Origin: Pseudomonadales bacterium
GTDB taxonomy: Bacteria; Pseudomonadota; Gammaproteobacteria; Pseudomonadales; Azotimanducaceae
DNA length: 64,000 nucleotides
Direction: 5' to 3'
NCBI GenBank assembly: GCA_963663145.1
Contig: OY760134.1
Location: 256,416 to 320,415, forward strand
Shown: in pieces, positions 45,595 through 54,666 of the stretch
Position numbering within the stretch: position 1 is the first letter of the stretch
Layout of the letters: every line of letters starts with the position of its first letter
Translations under genes and position numbers: made by a program
The notes under the pieces: model-generated
The model's input: the letters and a program-made list of their open reading frames with translations, nothing else
What the model was told of the DNA's origin: nothing
Databases searched by the model: none

Positions 45595-46749
45595 ATGTTC
45601 TTCGAACGCTTAATCCAGCGCCCGCTTGATGCGCACAAGAGTTTCTTCCTGTTCGGCCCCCGCGGAACGGGAAAAACCACTTGGCTCAAGCGCAAATTGC
45701 CGAATGCCTTGTTTGTGGATCTTCTGCAATCGGAGTTCTATCTGCCGCTGACCGCCAACCCTGGGTTGCTCAGCGAACTCATTCCTTGGAGATACCATGA
45801 TTGGGTGGTCATTGACGAAATCCAACGAATTCCGCAACTCTTAAATGAAGTGCACCATCTGATCGAAAGTCGCGGGTTGGCGTTCATATTGACAGGCTCA
45901 AGTGCGCGTAGTCTGCGGCGCAAAGGGGTCAACTTACTGGCCGGACGCGCCCTGACCTACCATTTGCACCCCCTTACCGTCCAAGAGCAGCGTGCGCAGT
46001 TCTCTCTGCACGATTCGCTACGTCTTGGCCACCTGCCCGCCAGATTCAGCGAAGCCGACGCGGAAAAGTACCTGCAGGATTACGTGCACACCTATTTGCG
46101 CGAAGAGGTTATGCAGGAAGGACTTACGCGCAATATCGGGCATTTCTCGCGCTTTCTCGAAGTAGCAAGTTTCTCTCAGGGGTCTGTCCTCAACCTAAGC
46201 AACGTCGCCCGCGAAGCGCAAATTGAGCGGCACCTCGCCGAGAGTTACTTTTCCATTCTCGAAGACCTGCTCATCGCGGTGCGTCTGCCGGTGTTCAGTC
46301 GCAAGGCCAAACGCCAGATCGTTTCGAAAATGAAGTTCTACTTGTTCGATGTTGGTGTGTTCAGGGCCATACGTCCACACGGGCCGTTGGACTCGGAAGC
46401 GGATATGGGCGGACCGGCACTGGAAACGCTAGTGCTACAGGAAGCGCTCGCACTCAACGAATACGGTGGATACGACTACCAATTTCACTTTTGGCGCACC
46501 CGTAGCGGCATGGAGGTAGACTTCGTACTCTATGGTGCGCGTGGACTGATCGCGATCGAAATCAAGCGCGCACGGCAGGTCCACAGCCGGGACACCAGAG
46601 CACTACGTGAATTCAAGAAGGACTACCCCGCTGCCCGGTGTTTCCTCTTCTACGGCGGATCCCTTCCGTTGCATCAAGAGGATGTCTCGGTCCTGCCCAT
46701 CGAGTACGCACTGCTCAACTTGGACAGCATTCTGCGCAACCAAGATTGA
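45595..46749 (+). CDS. AAA-type ATPase (AAA_14 + DUF4143), paralogous architecture to 12513..13913
   Basis: Walker A is GPRGTGKTT and Walker B is WVVIDEIQ. The C-terminal GMEVDFVLYGARGLIAIEIKRA has a D...ExK pattern. It is preceded by an AT-rich 240-bp intergenic region. Confidence 0.85.
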   Translation: MFFERLIQRPLDAHKSFFLFGPRGTGKTTWLKRKLPNALFVDLLQSEFYLPLTANPGLLSELIPWRYHDWVVIDEIQRIPQLLNEVHHLIESRGLAFILTGSSARSLRRKGVNLLAGRALTYHLHPLTVQEQRAQFSLHDSLRLGHLPARFSEADAEKYLQDYVHTYLREEVMQEGLTRNIGHFSRFLEVASFSQGSVLNLSNVAREAQIERHLAESYFSILEDLLIAVRLPVFSRKAKRQIVSKMKFYLFDVGVFRAIRPHGPLDSEADMGGPALETLVLQEALALNEYGGYDYQFHFWRTRSGMEVDFVLYGARGLIAIEIKRARQVHSRDTRALREFKKDYPAARCFLFYGGSLPLHQEDVSVLPIEYALLNLDSILRNQD

Positions 46750-46815
46750 CTAAGCACGGGCGCTCACCCTGCTACCATTCGAGTTTTCCGCGCATCCCAG
46801 TAGAAGGAGTCGATC

Positions 46816-48546
46816 TTGCGAGTTAGCCAGTTCCCGCTTTTCACCTTGCGCGGGACACCCGCCGATGCGGAGACGGTGAGTCACCGGCTCATGCTGCGGG
46901 CGGGGCTCATCAGGCAATTGACCTCCGGGGTCTATTCTTGGCTGCCGCTTGGCGTGCGCGTGCTGCGCAAGGTTGAACGGATCTTGAGAGAGGAACTCGA
47001 CCGTGCCGGGTCGGTAGAGGTATCCATGCCGACGGTACAGCCGAGGGAGCTCTGGGACGAGTCGGGTCGATGGTCGGCCATGGGCCCGGAACTCTTGCGC
47101 TTCAAGGATCGCCATGATCGCGACTCCTGTCTTGGACCAACCCATGAGGAAGTCATCACTGACATCTTTCGCCGCGAAATTCGCAGCTATCGTCAGCTTC
47201 CCTGCAACTTCTACCAGATTCAAACGAAGTTTCGCGACGAGATACGTCCGCGCTACGGAGTCATGCGTGCGCGGGAATTTGTCATGAAGGATGCTTACTC
47301 CTTCCATATCGACCAAGCGAGCTTTGATGAAACCTATAAGGCCATGTTCAATTGCTATTGCCGAATTCTCGAGCGAGCCGGACTCGAATACCGGGCGGTT
47401 GAAGCCGACTCGGGCGCCATAGGTGGGGCGGTTTCGCACGAGTTTCAGGTGTTGGCGGAGTCTGGCGAGGACAGCATCTTCTTTAGCACCGAATCGGACT
47501 ATGCCGCCAACATGGAAAAGGCTGAGGCACTGCCGCCGGCCGGGGAGCGGCCGGAACCTAGTGAGGAGCGAATCATCATAGATACGCCTGGCGTACACAG
47601 CATCGATGAATTGGTGCAATTGACCGGGTTGCCGGCGAATCGCATGCTCAAGACGCTGATCGCTGCGGGCGAAGAAGGTCCGGTGGCACTGGTGCTGCGC
47701 GGCGATCATCAACTCAATGAAATCAAGGCGGCCAAGCTTGACGGCATCGAGTCGCCGCTTCGCATGCTCTCGGCGGAAGAAGTCAAGCAAGCGCTGGGGG
47801 TCGGCGTGGGTTCTCTTGGGCCGGTTGGCCTCAAGCTTGACCTTTATATGGACCGCAGTGCCTGGCATCTGGCCGACTTCGCCTGCGGTGCCAACATTGA
47901 AGAGAAGCATTTCACCGGTGTGAACTGGACGCGCGATCTACCCGAGGTGACGAGCGAGCGGGTTCGCGACCTGCGGCAAGTGGTTGAAGGCGATCCATCG
48001 CCGGATGGCAAGGGCCATCTCAAGATGCTGCGCGGTGTTGAGGCCGGGCATGTGTTTCAACTCGGCACCAAGTACAGCAAGTCGATGAACGTCACCATTC
48101 AAGATGAGCATGGCGAGAACTTGCACCCGCTCATGGGCTGTTATGGATTCGGTGTAACGAGAATTGTGGCCGCCGCCATCGAGCAGTGCCACGACGAGCA
48201 AGGCATCGTCTGGCCCCCAAGCCTCGCGCCGTTTCAGGTGGAACTGGTGCCGCTCGGAGCGGAACGGTCAGAGGAAGTTCGCGAGACGGCGAACAGAATC
48301 TACCAAGAACTCAAACAAGCCGACGTGGATGTGCTCATGGACGACCGCGACGAACGCCCCGGCGTCAAGCTCGCCGATGCCGACCTGATCGGCATCCCTT
48401 GGCGCGTCGTGGTCGGGCAACGGAATCTTGCCGACAATAAGGTCGAACTCGTTCAGCGCAAGACGCGGAGTTCGGAACTCGTCAGCGAACAGGACGCGAT
48501 GGATCAATTACTCGCAATCGCCGCAAGCAGCGAATCGCGTGTCTGA
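46816..48546 (+). CDS. proS: Proline--tRNA ligase (bacterial type with editing domain)
   Basis: MRVSQFPLFTLRGTPADAETVSHRLMLRAGLIRQLTSGVYSWLPLG is collinear with E. coli ProS. The start is TTG with SD GAAGGAG 6 nt upstream. Confidence 0.95.
   Translation: MRVSQFPLFTLRGTPADAETVSHRLMLRAGLIRQLTSGVYSWLPLGVRVLRKVERILREELDRAGSVEVSMPTVQPRELWDESGRWSAMGPELLRFKDRHDRDSCLGPTHEEVITDIFRREIRSYRQLPCNFYQIQTKFRDEIRPRYGVMRAREFVMKDAYSFHIDQASFDETYKAMFNCYCRILERAGLEYRAVEADSGAIGGAVSHEFQVLAESGEDSIFFSTESDYAANMEKAEALPPAGERPEPSEERIIIDTPGVHSIDELVQLTGLPANRMLKTLIAAGEEGPVALVLRGDHQLNEIKAAKLDGIESPLRMLSAEEVKQALGVGVGSLGPVGLKLDLYMDRSAWHLADFACGANIEEKHFTGVNWTRDLPEVTSERVRDLRQVVEGDPSPDGKGHLKMLRGVEAGHVFQLGTKYSKSMNVTIQDEHGENLHPLMGCYGFGVTRIVAAAIEQCHDEQGIVWPPSLAPFQVELVPLGAERSEEVRETANRIYQELKQADVDVLMDDRDERPGVKLADADLIGIPWRVVVGQRNLADNKVELVQRKTRSSELVSEQDAMDQLLAIAASSESRV
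48482..48546 (+). repeat. Direct repeat copy 1 (3' end of proS)
   Basis: The core 48496-48546 is identical at 49 of 51 positions to 50241-50291. Weaker similarity extends ~14 nt upstream. Confidence 0.85.
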
Positions 48547-48595
48547 GGGCGGTTTCATAGACCTATAATACGAACTATCAGCAGTCATTCTAGGA

Positions 48596-49618
48596 TTGCA
48601 CATTAGAGTCTTTGGAGCTTCGCTAGCAGGCGACGACCTTTTACTTGGCGGATTTGACGGAACACACTTTGCGAACCACAAGAGACGTAGCGGCGTGGCA
48701 TTCTCTGTTTTAGAACTCTGCGCAGGTGCGGGCGGGCAGGCCTTGGGGTTTGAGTCAGCTGGATTCCATCACGCGGCCTTGATTGACAATGACGCTCATG
48801 CTTGCGCGACCTTAAGGATGAACCGTCCCTATTGGAATGTCATTGAAGCTGATATTCGTCGTTTTGATGCGGAATACTGGCGTGAAATCGATGTTGTGGC
48901 GGGAGGACTGCCCTGCCCTCCATTTTCCGTTGCGGGAAAGCAAAACGGGGCGGAGGACGAACGGGATTTGTTTCCCACACTACTGAATATTGTGCGTGCG
49001 GCAAAGCCTAGGATTGTTATTGTGGAAAATGTTCGCGGGTTGCTCATGCGGCGCTTCGAAGAGTATAGGAACAGCATCGTTGCTTCGCTCTCATCCATGG
49101 GATATGAGTCATCCTGGCAACTACTGGATGCCTTAGACTTTGGTGCCCCACAAAAGCGCACGCGCAGTTTTCTCGTTGCGGTACCGAAAGGTGTTTCCTT
49201 CGTTTGGCCGGTCCCGAATGGGAACGGTGCGACGGTTGGAACAGTGCTTCACGACCTCATGGCGGAGGCTGGGTGGCGTGGATCTACGAGATGGGCGGAA
49301 GAGGCCAATCATCCGGCACCTACACTGGTTGGGGGGTCGAAAAAGCATGGCGGGCCCGATCTGGGACCGACCCGCGCCCGCGCTGAGTGGGCGAAACTCG
49401 GTGTCGACGGTCTGGGCATTGCAGATGGACCCCCATCCGCCAATTTCGAAGGCAAACCAAGATTGACGGTGCGTATGGCTGCTCGTCTTCAGACTTTCCC
49501 TGACGACTGGAGACTCGCTGGAAGCAAAACCCAAAGCTATCGACAGGTGGGCAATGCGCTGACCGTGAATTTGGCTGAAGCTATGGCAAAAGCGGTGATG
49601 AGATGTCTGACAAGTTGA
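48596..49618 (+). CDS. DNA (cytosine-5)-methyltransferase
   Basis: m5C MTase motifs are present: I LELCAGAGGQALG, IV GGLPCPPFS, VI ENVRGL, VIII QKRTRSF, X GNALTV. The real start may be GTG 48695, just before motif I. The region is visibly lower in GC than proS. Confidence 0.9.
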   Translation: MHIRVFGASLAGDDLLLGGFDGTHFANHKRRSGVAFSVLELCAGAGGQALGFESAGFHHAALIDNDAHACATLRMNRPYWNVIEADIRRFDAEYWREIDVVAGGLPCPPFSVAGKQNGAEDERDLFPTLLNIVRAAKPRIVIVENVRGLLMRRFEEYRNSIVASLSSMGYESSWQLLDALDFGAPQKRTRSFLVAVPKGVSFVWPVPNGNGATVGTVLHDLMAEAGWRGSTRWAEEANHPAPTLVGGSKKHGGPDLGPTRARAEWAKLGVDGLGIADGPPSANFEGKPRLTVRMAARLQTFPDDWRLAGSKTQSYRQVGNALTVNLAEAMAKAVMRCLTS

Positions 49619-50199
49619 AAGGCAAGTCCGGCATAAAGGCATTCTTGCTGGAAAACCTTGGAAAGGTCGTCACGACAAAACAAATATATGAGGCAAGTGG
49701 AGAACAAGGACAATATGGTCGGCGATTGCGAGAATTGCGCGATGAAGAGGGTTGGCCAATTGAGTCTCACAACGACGCTGCCGACCTCAAACCAGGCGAA
49801 TACAGGCTCACCGGTTGGCCCCCGCTTGCGCCGCCGATCAAGTTTGAGCGGTCGGTGAGTGCTCGCCTGCGTGCGCAAGTATTGGAGCGAAATGGATACA
49901 CCTGCCGCATGTGCGGTATAGCTGCCGGAGACCCCGATGATCGTAGCGGGCGCCCCGCGAGGCTACATGTCGGCCATATTGTGGATAAGAGCCATGGAGG
50001 CGCTGATAGTCTTGATAATCTTCGCGCACTATGCAGCACCTGCAATCAGGGTGCTAGAAATCTGACGCAGGAGCCGCCTTCATGGACATGGCTGCTTTCG
50101 CAGTTGCGGAGAGCTAAGGAAGGCGACCAACGAGCAGCATTCGAGTGGTTGAAAGCGAAATTTGAACGCCGAGACAGCGCGGATGAGGGTGATTCTTGA
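49603..50199 (+). CDS. HNH-nuclease restriction endonuclease candidate (type II R-M partner)
   Basis: The C-terminal HNH motif is HVGHIVDKSHGGADSLDNLRALCSTCNQGARN. An N-terminal wHTH-like region is present. The gene overlaps the methyltransferase gene by 16 nt. Confidence 0.8.
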   Translation: MSDKLKGKSGIKAFLLENLGKVVTTKQIYEASGEQGQYGRRLRELRDEEGWPIESHNDAADLKPGEYRLTGWPPLAPPIKFERSVSARLRAQVLERNGYTCRMCGIAAGDPDDRSGRPARLHVGHIVDKSHGGADSLDNLRALCSTCNQGARNLTQEPPSWTWLLSQLRRAKEGDQRAAFEWLKAKFERRDSADEGDS

Positions 50200-50226
50200 C
50201 CCGGACGGAGCGTATGTACCAGCTTT

Positions 50227-50291
50227 TCAGCGAGAAGGAAGCGATGGATCAATTGCTCGCAATCGCCTCAAGCAGCGAATCGCGTGTCTGA
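50227..50291 (+). repeat. Direct repeat copy 2 (orphan proS 3'-end remnant)
   Basis: It encodes ...SEKEAMDQLLAIASSSESRV-stop, compared with the ProS C-terminus SEQDAMDQLLAIAASSESRV-stop. Confidence 0.85.
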
Positions 50292-50308
50292 AGACTGAAT
50301 AGCCCCGG

Positions 50309-50404
50309 CTAGTCAATCACCTGTAAGGATTCCAATTCGGCCGCCAAGGAGAGCCTCTGGTCCAATATGAGCAGCGGCATGAGCGCAGAAGAGTCCCAGT
50401 ACAT
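50309..50404 (-). pseudogene. vapC (PIN-domain toxin) 5' fragment, 31 codons
   Basis: MYWDSSALMPLLILDQRLSLAAELESLQVID-stop. The (Y/L)(L/W)D(S/T)SAL start is the first PIN acidic motif. The ATG overlaps the phd stop (TGATG). About 100 codons are missing, and the fragment ends 17 nt from repeat copy 2. Confidence 0.6.
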
Positions 50405-50700
50405 CAAAACCGATCTCTCCTATCCTCAAGGAGCGCCTCCAGAACACTGACGCCCAAATTCAAAGGCGGCTGCTTCAAAATCTCCTCGCAGTCTCCCTTC
50501 CCGGCGCGCAGCACACCATCGGCAATCAACTGTGTGAGTATGGCTTCCTGTTCCCCTTCATCGCTTGCAGTCAATTCGACCGGCTTTAACCAAGCGACGG
50601 GCGTGCCACGGTCAAGTACCTGAACCTCACCGCCGCGACGAACTTCTCGAAGATAGCGGGAGAGGTTTGCTTTGAGCTCCGAAACCGATGCCTTAGACAT
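50404..50700 (-). CDS. Phd/YefM-family (prevent-host-death) antitoxin
   Basis: MSKASVSELKANLSRYLREVRRGGEVQVLDRGTPVAWLKPV is the typical Phd/YefM N-terminal domain, and the protein is 98 aa. Confidence 0.8.
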   Translation of the reverse strand: MSKASVSELKANLSRYLREVRRGGEVQVLDRGTPVAWLKPVELTASDEGEQEAILTQLIADGVLRAGKGDCEEILKQPPLNLGVSVLEALLEDRRDRF

Positions 50701-50725
50701 GCTGACGAATATGGTTTCTTACTCG

Positions 50726-50740
50726 TGACTTGTCAAGTCA
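50726..50740. promoter_or_regulatory. Perfect 15-bp palindrome TGACTTGTCAAGTCA upstream of phd (candidate autoregulatory operator)
   Basis: The palindrome lies 26 nt upstream of the phd start codon. The operator role is inferred from the general behaviour of type II TA promoters. Confidence 0.45.
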
Positions 50741-50838
50741 TAGCAATTGATTCCGCAGGGTCCGTGGGACGCGCGTCGTCTTGGAATCTGCTGGATGCCG
50801 TAACTTCGGCGCGGCGCAAAAGCGTACAGGCAGTTTCT

Positions 50839-51327
50839 TCATTTCGGTGCGGAAATGCTTGAGATCGCCTCACGCAAGGAATCCTGGGTCTGAGGGCCAA
50901 GCAGCACCTGCTGAACCTCACCGCCGGGCGCGATGATGGCAGTTCTTGGCAGGAGGGTTGAGGTCCCATAACCCCAAACAGATGCCGGATCTTGTGTGAA
51001 CACCGGAAACTCAATCCCCATGTCGGCGATATCCTCACGTAGTTGCTGGTCGGCGTGAAAGTCCTCCCCGTAGCCGAATACCAGTACCTCATCCGGATCC
51101 ACTGATTCTGCGAGCAAATTGAGTTCGGGGATTTCAATCCTGCAAGGCGCGCACCAAGTCGCCCAGTGATTGATCACCAGGGTCTTTGTGTGAAGGGATT
51201 CCTTGGAGACCAGCGCGCCGTCGGCCAAGGGCAGTTGCGCCTCTGCGCAAGAGACTATAGCGAGCACTACGATGAGAAGCCCTGCAAGGGCAAGACAACG
51301 GCTCGGCAGGCGGCAATGCGGGTTCAT
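50839..51327 (-). CDS. TlpA-like periplasmic thiol:disulfide oxidoreductase (thioredoxin fold)
   Basis: It has the active site WATWCAPC and a signal/lipoprotein-like N-terminus (LAGLLIVVLAIVSCAEA). ATG 51327 is used because the track start 51414 overlaps the upstream gene. Confidence 0.8.
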   Translation of the reverse strand: MNPHCRLPSRCLALAGLLIVVLAIVSCAEAQLPLADGALVSKESLHTKTLVINHWATWCAPCRIEIPELNLLAESVDPDEVLVFGYGEDFHADQQLREDIADMGIEFPVFTQDPASVWGYGTSTLLPRTAIIAPGGEVQQVLLGPQTQDSLREAISSISAPK

Positions 51328-51370
51328 CCAAATATACCGTGAGCGATCAACTGACACTTGTCGTTGCACG

Positions 51371-52822
51371 CTAAGTGGTGGATCGACCATTCGTCTCTTC
51401 TCCCAGCCGCTCAAGCGCTTCTTGGGTCTTTGCGATGCGGCTCTTCAGCCAACCCGTTTCACTGAAGTTGCTGCCTTCCTTGTAGGCGCGTTCGAGTAGG
51501 TTCTCAAGGGTATTCAGGCGCGCTTGCAGGAGCGCCGCGTGATTGGCATCGGCAGCGAGTCCGATTTCGACCCAATGCAGTGCGGCCTCCGGTTCTCCAG
51601 CGTCGAGGTGGCGCCGCGCTTCGTTGGCGAGCCGTTCGGCGCCTCCGGCCAAACGGGCGAGGTCCGCATAGATCTCGCGAACCTTGACCGGATAGAGCTC
51701 GGTGGTCGATTCAAAATGAAACCACGTACTGTAATGCTCCCAGATACTGCGCACGTTCCAAGAGACCTTACCGTGCCCTTGGCTCAAGGCCAGTTCGGGA
51801 GGCAGTTTCACGTCGCGCATGAGCTCCCAAACCGACTTGCCTTGATTCATGCCGGCAAGGGTTTGGTCGTGAATGAACAGGGTCGCATCGCGCATCTTCC
51901 GCATGTCGGCAAGTATCTGTTCACGGCCCGCCACGGGGTCGAAGTGGCTCGGCAGCACCATCTCCGGCTCAAGCTTGATCAACCTCTCAAGCGAAGTCAC
52001 GTACGCCAACGGGTCGCGGAACTTCTCACCCCGCAGGGTGAAGAGATTCGGCACCATGGGAAACAGCGGCCCGAAGAAGTCCCCGCTGAAGAGTAGGCGT
52101 TTGTCCGGCATCCACAGCACGAGATTGTCATTGCCTTCGGCGCCAGCGGCGCCGATCGCCTCAAAGCGCACCCCTCCCAAGTCGAACGCGAAGATTTCGC
52201 CCTCCCTGACTTCGATATCTGGGGAAATCCCTCCATAGGCGTTCATTCTGCCTTGCGGAGGCTCTTCGGGCATGAAGGTGTAGAGCAGGCGATTCCTTGA
52301 CCAGAAATGACGCTCCAGGTCCTCAAGGTAGCGTTGTCCATCAACAAATTTCTCATGGGCGACAATCTTGGCGTCCGGAAACTCGGCCAGCCAGAATTTC
52401 GTACCGCCAATATGGTCGGCGTGCGAATGCGAGAGCACAATGTAGACGACATCACCGGGCGCGACCTCTTGCAATAGGCGCTTGTGCTTTGCGGCTTGCG
52501 TCACGAGTCCGGTATCAAAGATCACCAAGCCTTCGTCAGTGGAGACAAGAAAGGTGTTGCCCACACCGCTGGCGCGAAACACCCCATCGGCAGGCTCATC
52601 CACCGCAACCTCAATCAGCGCCAGTCCTGCAACGGTCTTGACCTTTGCCCGTTCATCGACTTCAGTCCGCGCGGCCACATAGGAACTTGCGAGTGTGCCG
52701 ACAACCTCGGCGCGACGTTCTTCAACTGCCCGGCCGATACCTGAATCACGCAGGAAATACCCCAACAGGACGCCGATCAAAAGCGCAGCGACCCATTTCC
52801 ACCAAAATGCCATTGTCTTCAC
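51371..52822 (-). CDS. MBL-fold metallo-hydrolase with an alkyl-sulfatase-like helical C-terminal domain, N-terminal membrane anchor
   Basis: It has the HxHxDH motif (LSHSHADHIGG) and the N-terminal TM segment WKWVAALLIGVLLGYFL. The C-terminal helical region resembles the dimerisation domain of SdsA1-type sulfatases, and there is no SCP2 domain. Confidence 0.75.
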   Translation of the reverse strand: MKTMAFWWKWVAALLIGVLLGYFLRDSGIGRAVEERRAEVVGTLASSYVAARTEVDERAKVKTVAGLALIEVAVDEPADGVFRASGVGNTFLVSTDEGLVIFDTGLVTQAAKHKRLLQEVAPGDVVYIVLSHSHADHIGGTKFWLAEFPDAKIVAHEKFVDGQRYLEDLERHFWSRNRLLYTFMPEEPPQGRMNAYGGISPDIEVREGEIFAFDLGGVRFEAIGAAGAEGNDNLVLWMPDKRLLFSGDFFGPLFPMVPNLFTLRGEKFRDPLAYVTSLERLIKLEPEMVLPSHFDPVAGREQILADMRKMRDATLFIHDQTLAGMNQGKSVWELMRDVKLPPELALSQGHGKVSWNVRSIWEHYSTWFHFESTTELYPVKVREIYADLARLAGGAERLANEARRHLDAGEPEAALHWVEIGLAADANHAALLQARLNTLENLLERAYKEGSNFSETGWLKSRIAKTQEALERLGEETNGRSTT

Positions 52823-53595
52823 CTCGTGTTCAGGGAATTACAAGCAGTAGTCCGACTCCCCGATTCTTGTCGGAGCCAATTCAACGGCAACAATCAACTG
52901 ATCGCCGCTAAAGCGATTCCACTGCTCCGGTGCTATCTGTATTGGATGCAAGGAATATCTCGATACCGCCAATGCCTACCGTATAGTCTCTTACAACCTC
53001 AATGATTGAAGAATTACCCAAACCGTACTTCTTGCACCCAATTGCCTAGGCTTCTTCTTCCTCTTCGAAAGTGCTTACATGAACACCATCATGCAATAGC
53101 ATGGCGAGTCCTTCCTTCTCTGGAACCAATTCGAAACTGTGCTTGTACTTGTTGATGTATGCCCGGCGATTGATGCGAGTCTGCTCGGATAACAAACTTG
53201 ACATGACGATTCAACTCCAAGGCTAGAGACATCCGAAACTGATACTACCACGCTCCTCACAATGTCCCCTCAGCTTAATGACAGAGCCATCCTATGTCTT
53301 GTGGCGATGATACGGCACCGGCAGCCCTATTAGCTTGGGTATTCTGCGGCTCCGTTCAACCATTTCCTCACACCACTCCGGTGATTTTCTTAATCTGATT
53401 CACTCGGTCTTCCAAGACATCAATGTATGCAGCGCCTGTCTTCAGATAAATGGGTAGGTTGTGTTCTGGGATTGTCGCTTGAGTGGGTCTTGAAAGCTCA
53501 GGTGCCCGTTTCAGCAGTCTCCCGGCACCACGCGCTGTTCCGGAAGGTCGCGCTGCGCCTCGGCTCCTCCTGACCCCGAACAGCGTTGCCTCGGC

Positions 53596-53711
53596 GCGCG
53601 AAAAACCCGGATCCGGGGCTTCGCACGGTCAAAAACCCGGCCAAGACACAAAGTTCTCGGCGCTGCGGTAAATTCAACCTAATTCTTCGTCAATCATGAA
53701 ATATCCGGGCT
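53596..53711. repeat. ~115-bp direct repeat, copy A
   Basis: It is about 90 percent identical by hand alignment to 57679-57791. The shared core is CCCGGATCCGGGGCTTCGCACGGTCAAAAA..GGCCAAGACA..TTCTCGGCGCTGCGG..TTCAACCTAATTCTTCGTCA..TGAAATATCCG. Weaker similarity may extend ~90 nt further upstream. Confidence 0.8.
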
Positions 53712-53767
53712 GATATGTATTGACCTTGTCAAGTGACTTGGGAGCCGTGAAGACCATGTACTCTACC

Positions 53768-53801
53768 CATCGGGCACATCGGGCACATCGGGCACATCGG
53801 G
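53768..53801. repeat. 9-bp tandem repeat (CATCGGGCA) x 3.8
   Basis: The sequence reads cCATCGGGCACATCGGGCACATCGGGCACATCGGGa, seen directly. Confidence 0.9.
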
Positions 53802-54014
53802 ATTGGAGGGGGCGGGCTTGCGGCGAGGATTGATCACTCTGATATTCGTGGGTTGGGTACCACCCAACCATTCTTCTTCGCGGAACTGCCTCACTCTAGG
53901 ATCGTGGTTCAACGCGCCGACCGGCGCGTGCCGGATAGCCCGGCCGAGGGTTTTCCCACGCTGGCCCGCCACGCTCCGATCCCGATGTGCCCTGTTGTGT
54001 GCGGGGGCCGCGGC

Positions 54015-54626
54015 TCAGGCGGCGCCTCCGCGCGGGGCATCGACCTGTCGGGCGATGGCGGCGCGGACCTTCTGGCTGGGCTTGCCGAGCCGGGAGAGGT
54101 GCGCGTAGCGGGCGCAAAGCCGCTTCCGGGCGTTCCAGGCGATGTGCCTAGCGGCCTCCGGGGTGTTGGCGGCCTTGCGCCGCAGGTGCGCGGTCCGGCG
54201 CGCCGGGAAGCGGTGGCACTAGGCGGCCTCGACGAGCACGCGGCGGGCGTGGGCGTTGCCGGTGCGGGTGATGGCGCCGGGTCGGCGCTTGCCGTCGGAG
54301 CTGTGCTCGCCGGGCACGAGGCCGACGAAGGCCATGAGCTGCCGGGGCGAGTCGAATCGGGTGATGTCGCCGAGTTCGGCGGCTAGGATAGAGGCGGTGA
54401 GGAAGTCGATGCCGCGCAGCGCGACGAGGGCCTCGACCAGGGGTCGGCGGGACCATTCGGAGACCGCCGCCTCGATGCGCCCGCCGACCTTGGCGACGCG
54501 CTCCCCGGCCTCGTTGCGCAGTTCGCACAGGAAGCGGGGCCGTCCCCGCCCGGCGGTGGCCACGGCCACCGCGATGGTGTCCTTGTGCACGTCCAGACCA
54601 ATGTAGGCGTCGAAGTCGTTCATCAT
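54015..54626 (-). pseudogene. IS110-family recombinase remnant (internal deletion plus TGG-to-TAG nonsense)
   Basis: The N-terminal YIGLDVHKDTIAVAV (first DEDD motif) is joined after ~45 aa directly to the Transposase_20 region (LRGIDFLTASILAAELGDITRF..LVPGEHSSDGK..ITRTGNAHARRVLVEAA). A TAG at 54221..54219 sits where the family has W. The frame then continues as CHRFPAR...IAWNARKRLCARYAHLSRLGKPSQKVRAAIARQV. Confidence 0.75.
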
Positions 54627-54666
54627 GCATCTCCCGTTGATTCGCTTGCCTTGCGGAATCGCTCAC

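Noticed and set aside
46750-47910. 386-aa minus-strand ORF opposite proS
   Set aside because: It lies entirely antisense to a strongly conserved proS. It has Arg/Leu/Pro-rich low-information composition and no motif. It is a typical shadow ORF in GC-rich coding DNA.
48547-50226. Integrative element with integrase/att sites carrying the R-M genes
   Set aside because: The 1.7-kb insert contains only the M and R genes. No integrase, transposase or tRNA target is present. It is therefore interpreted as R-M insertion with target duplication rather than a classical island.
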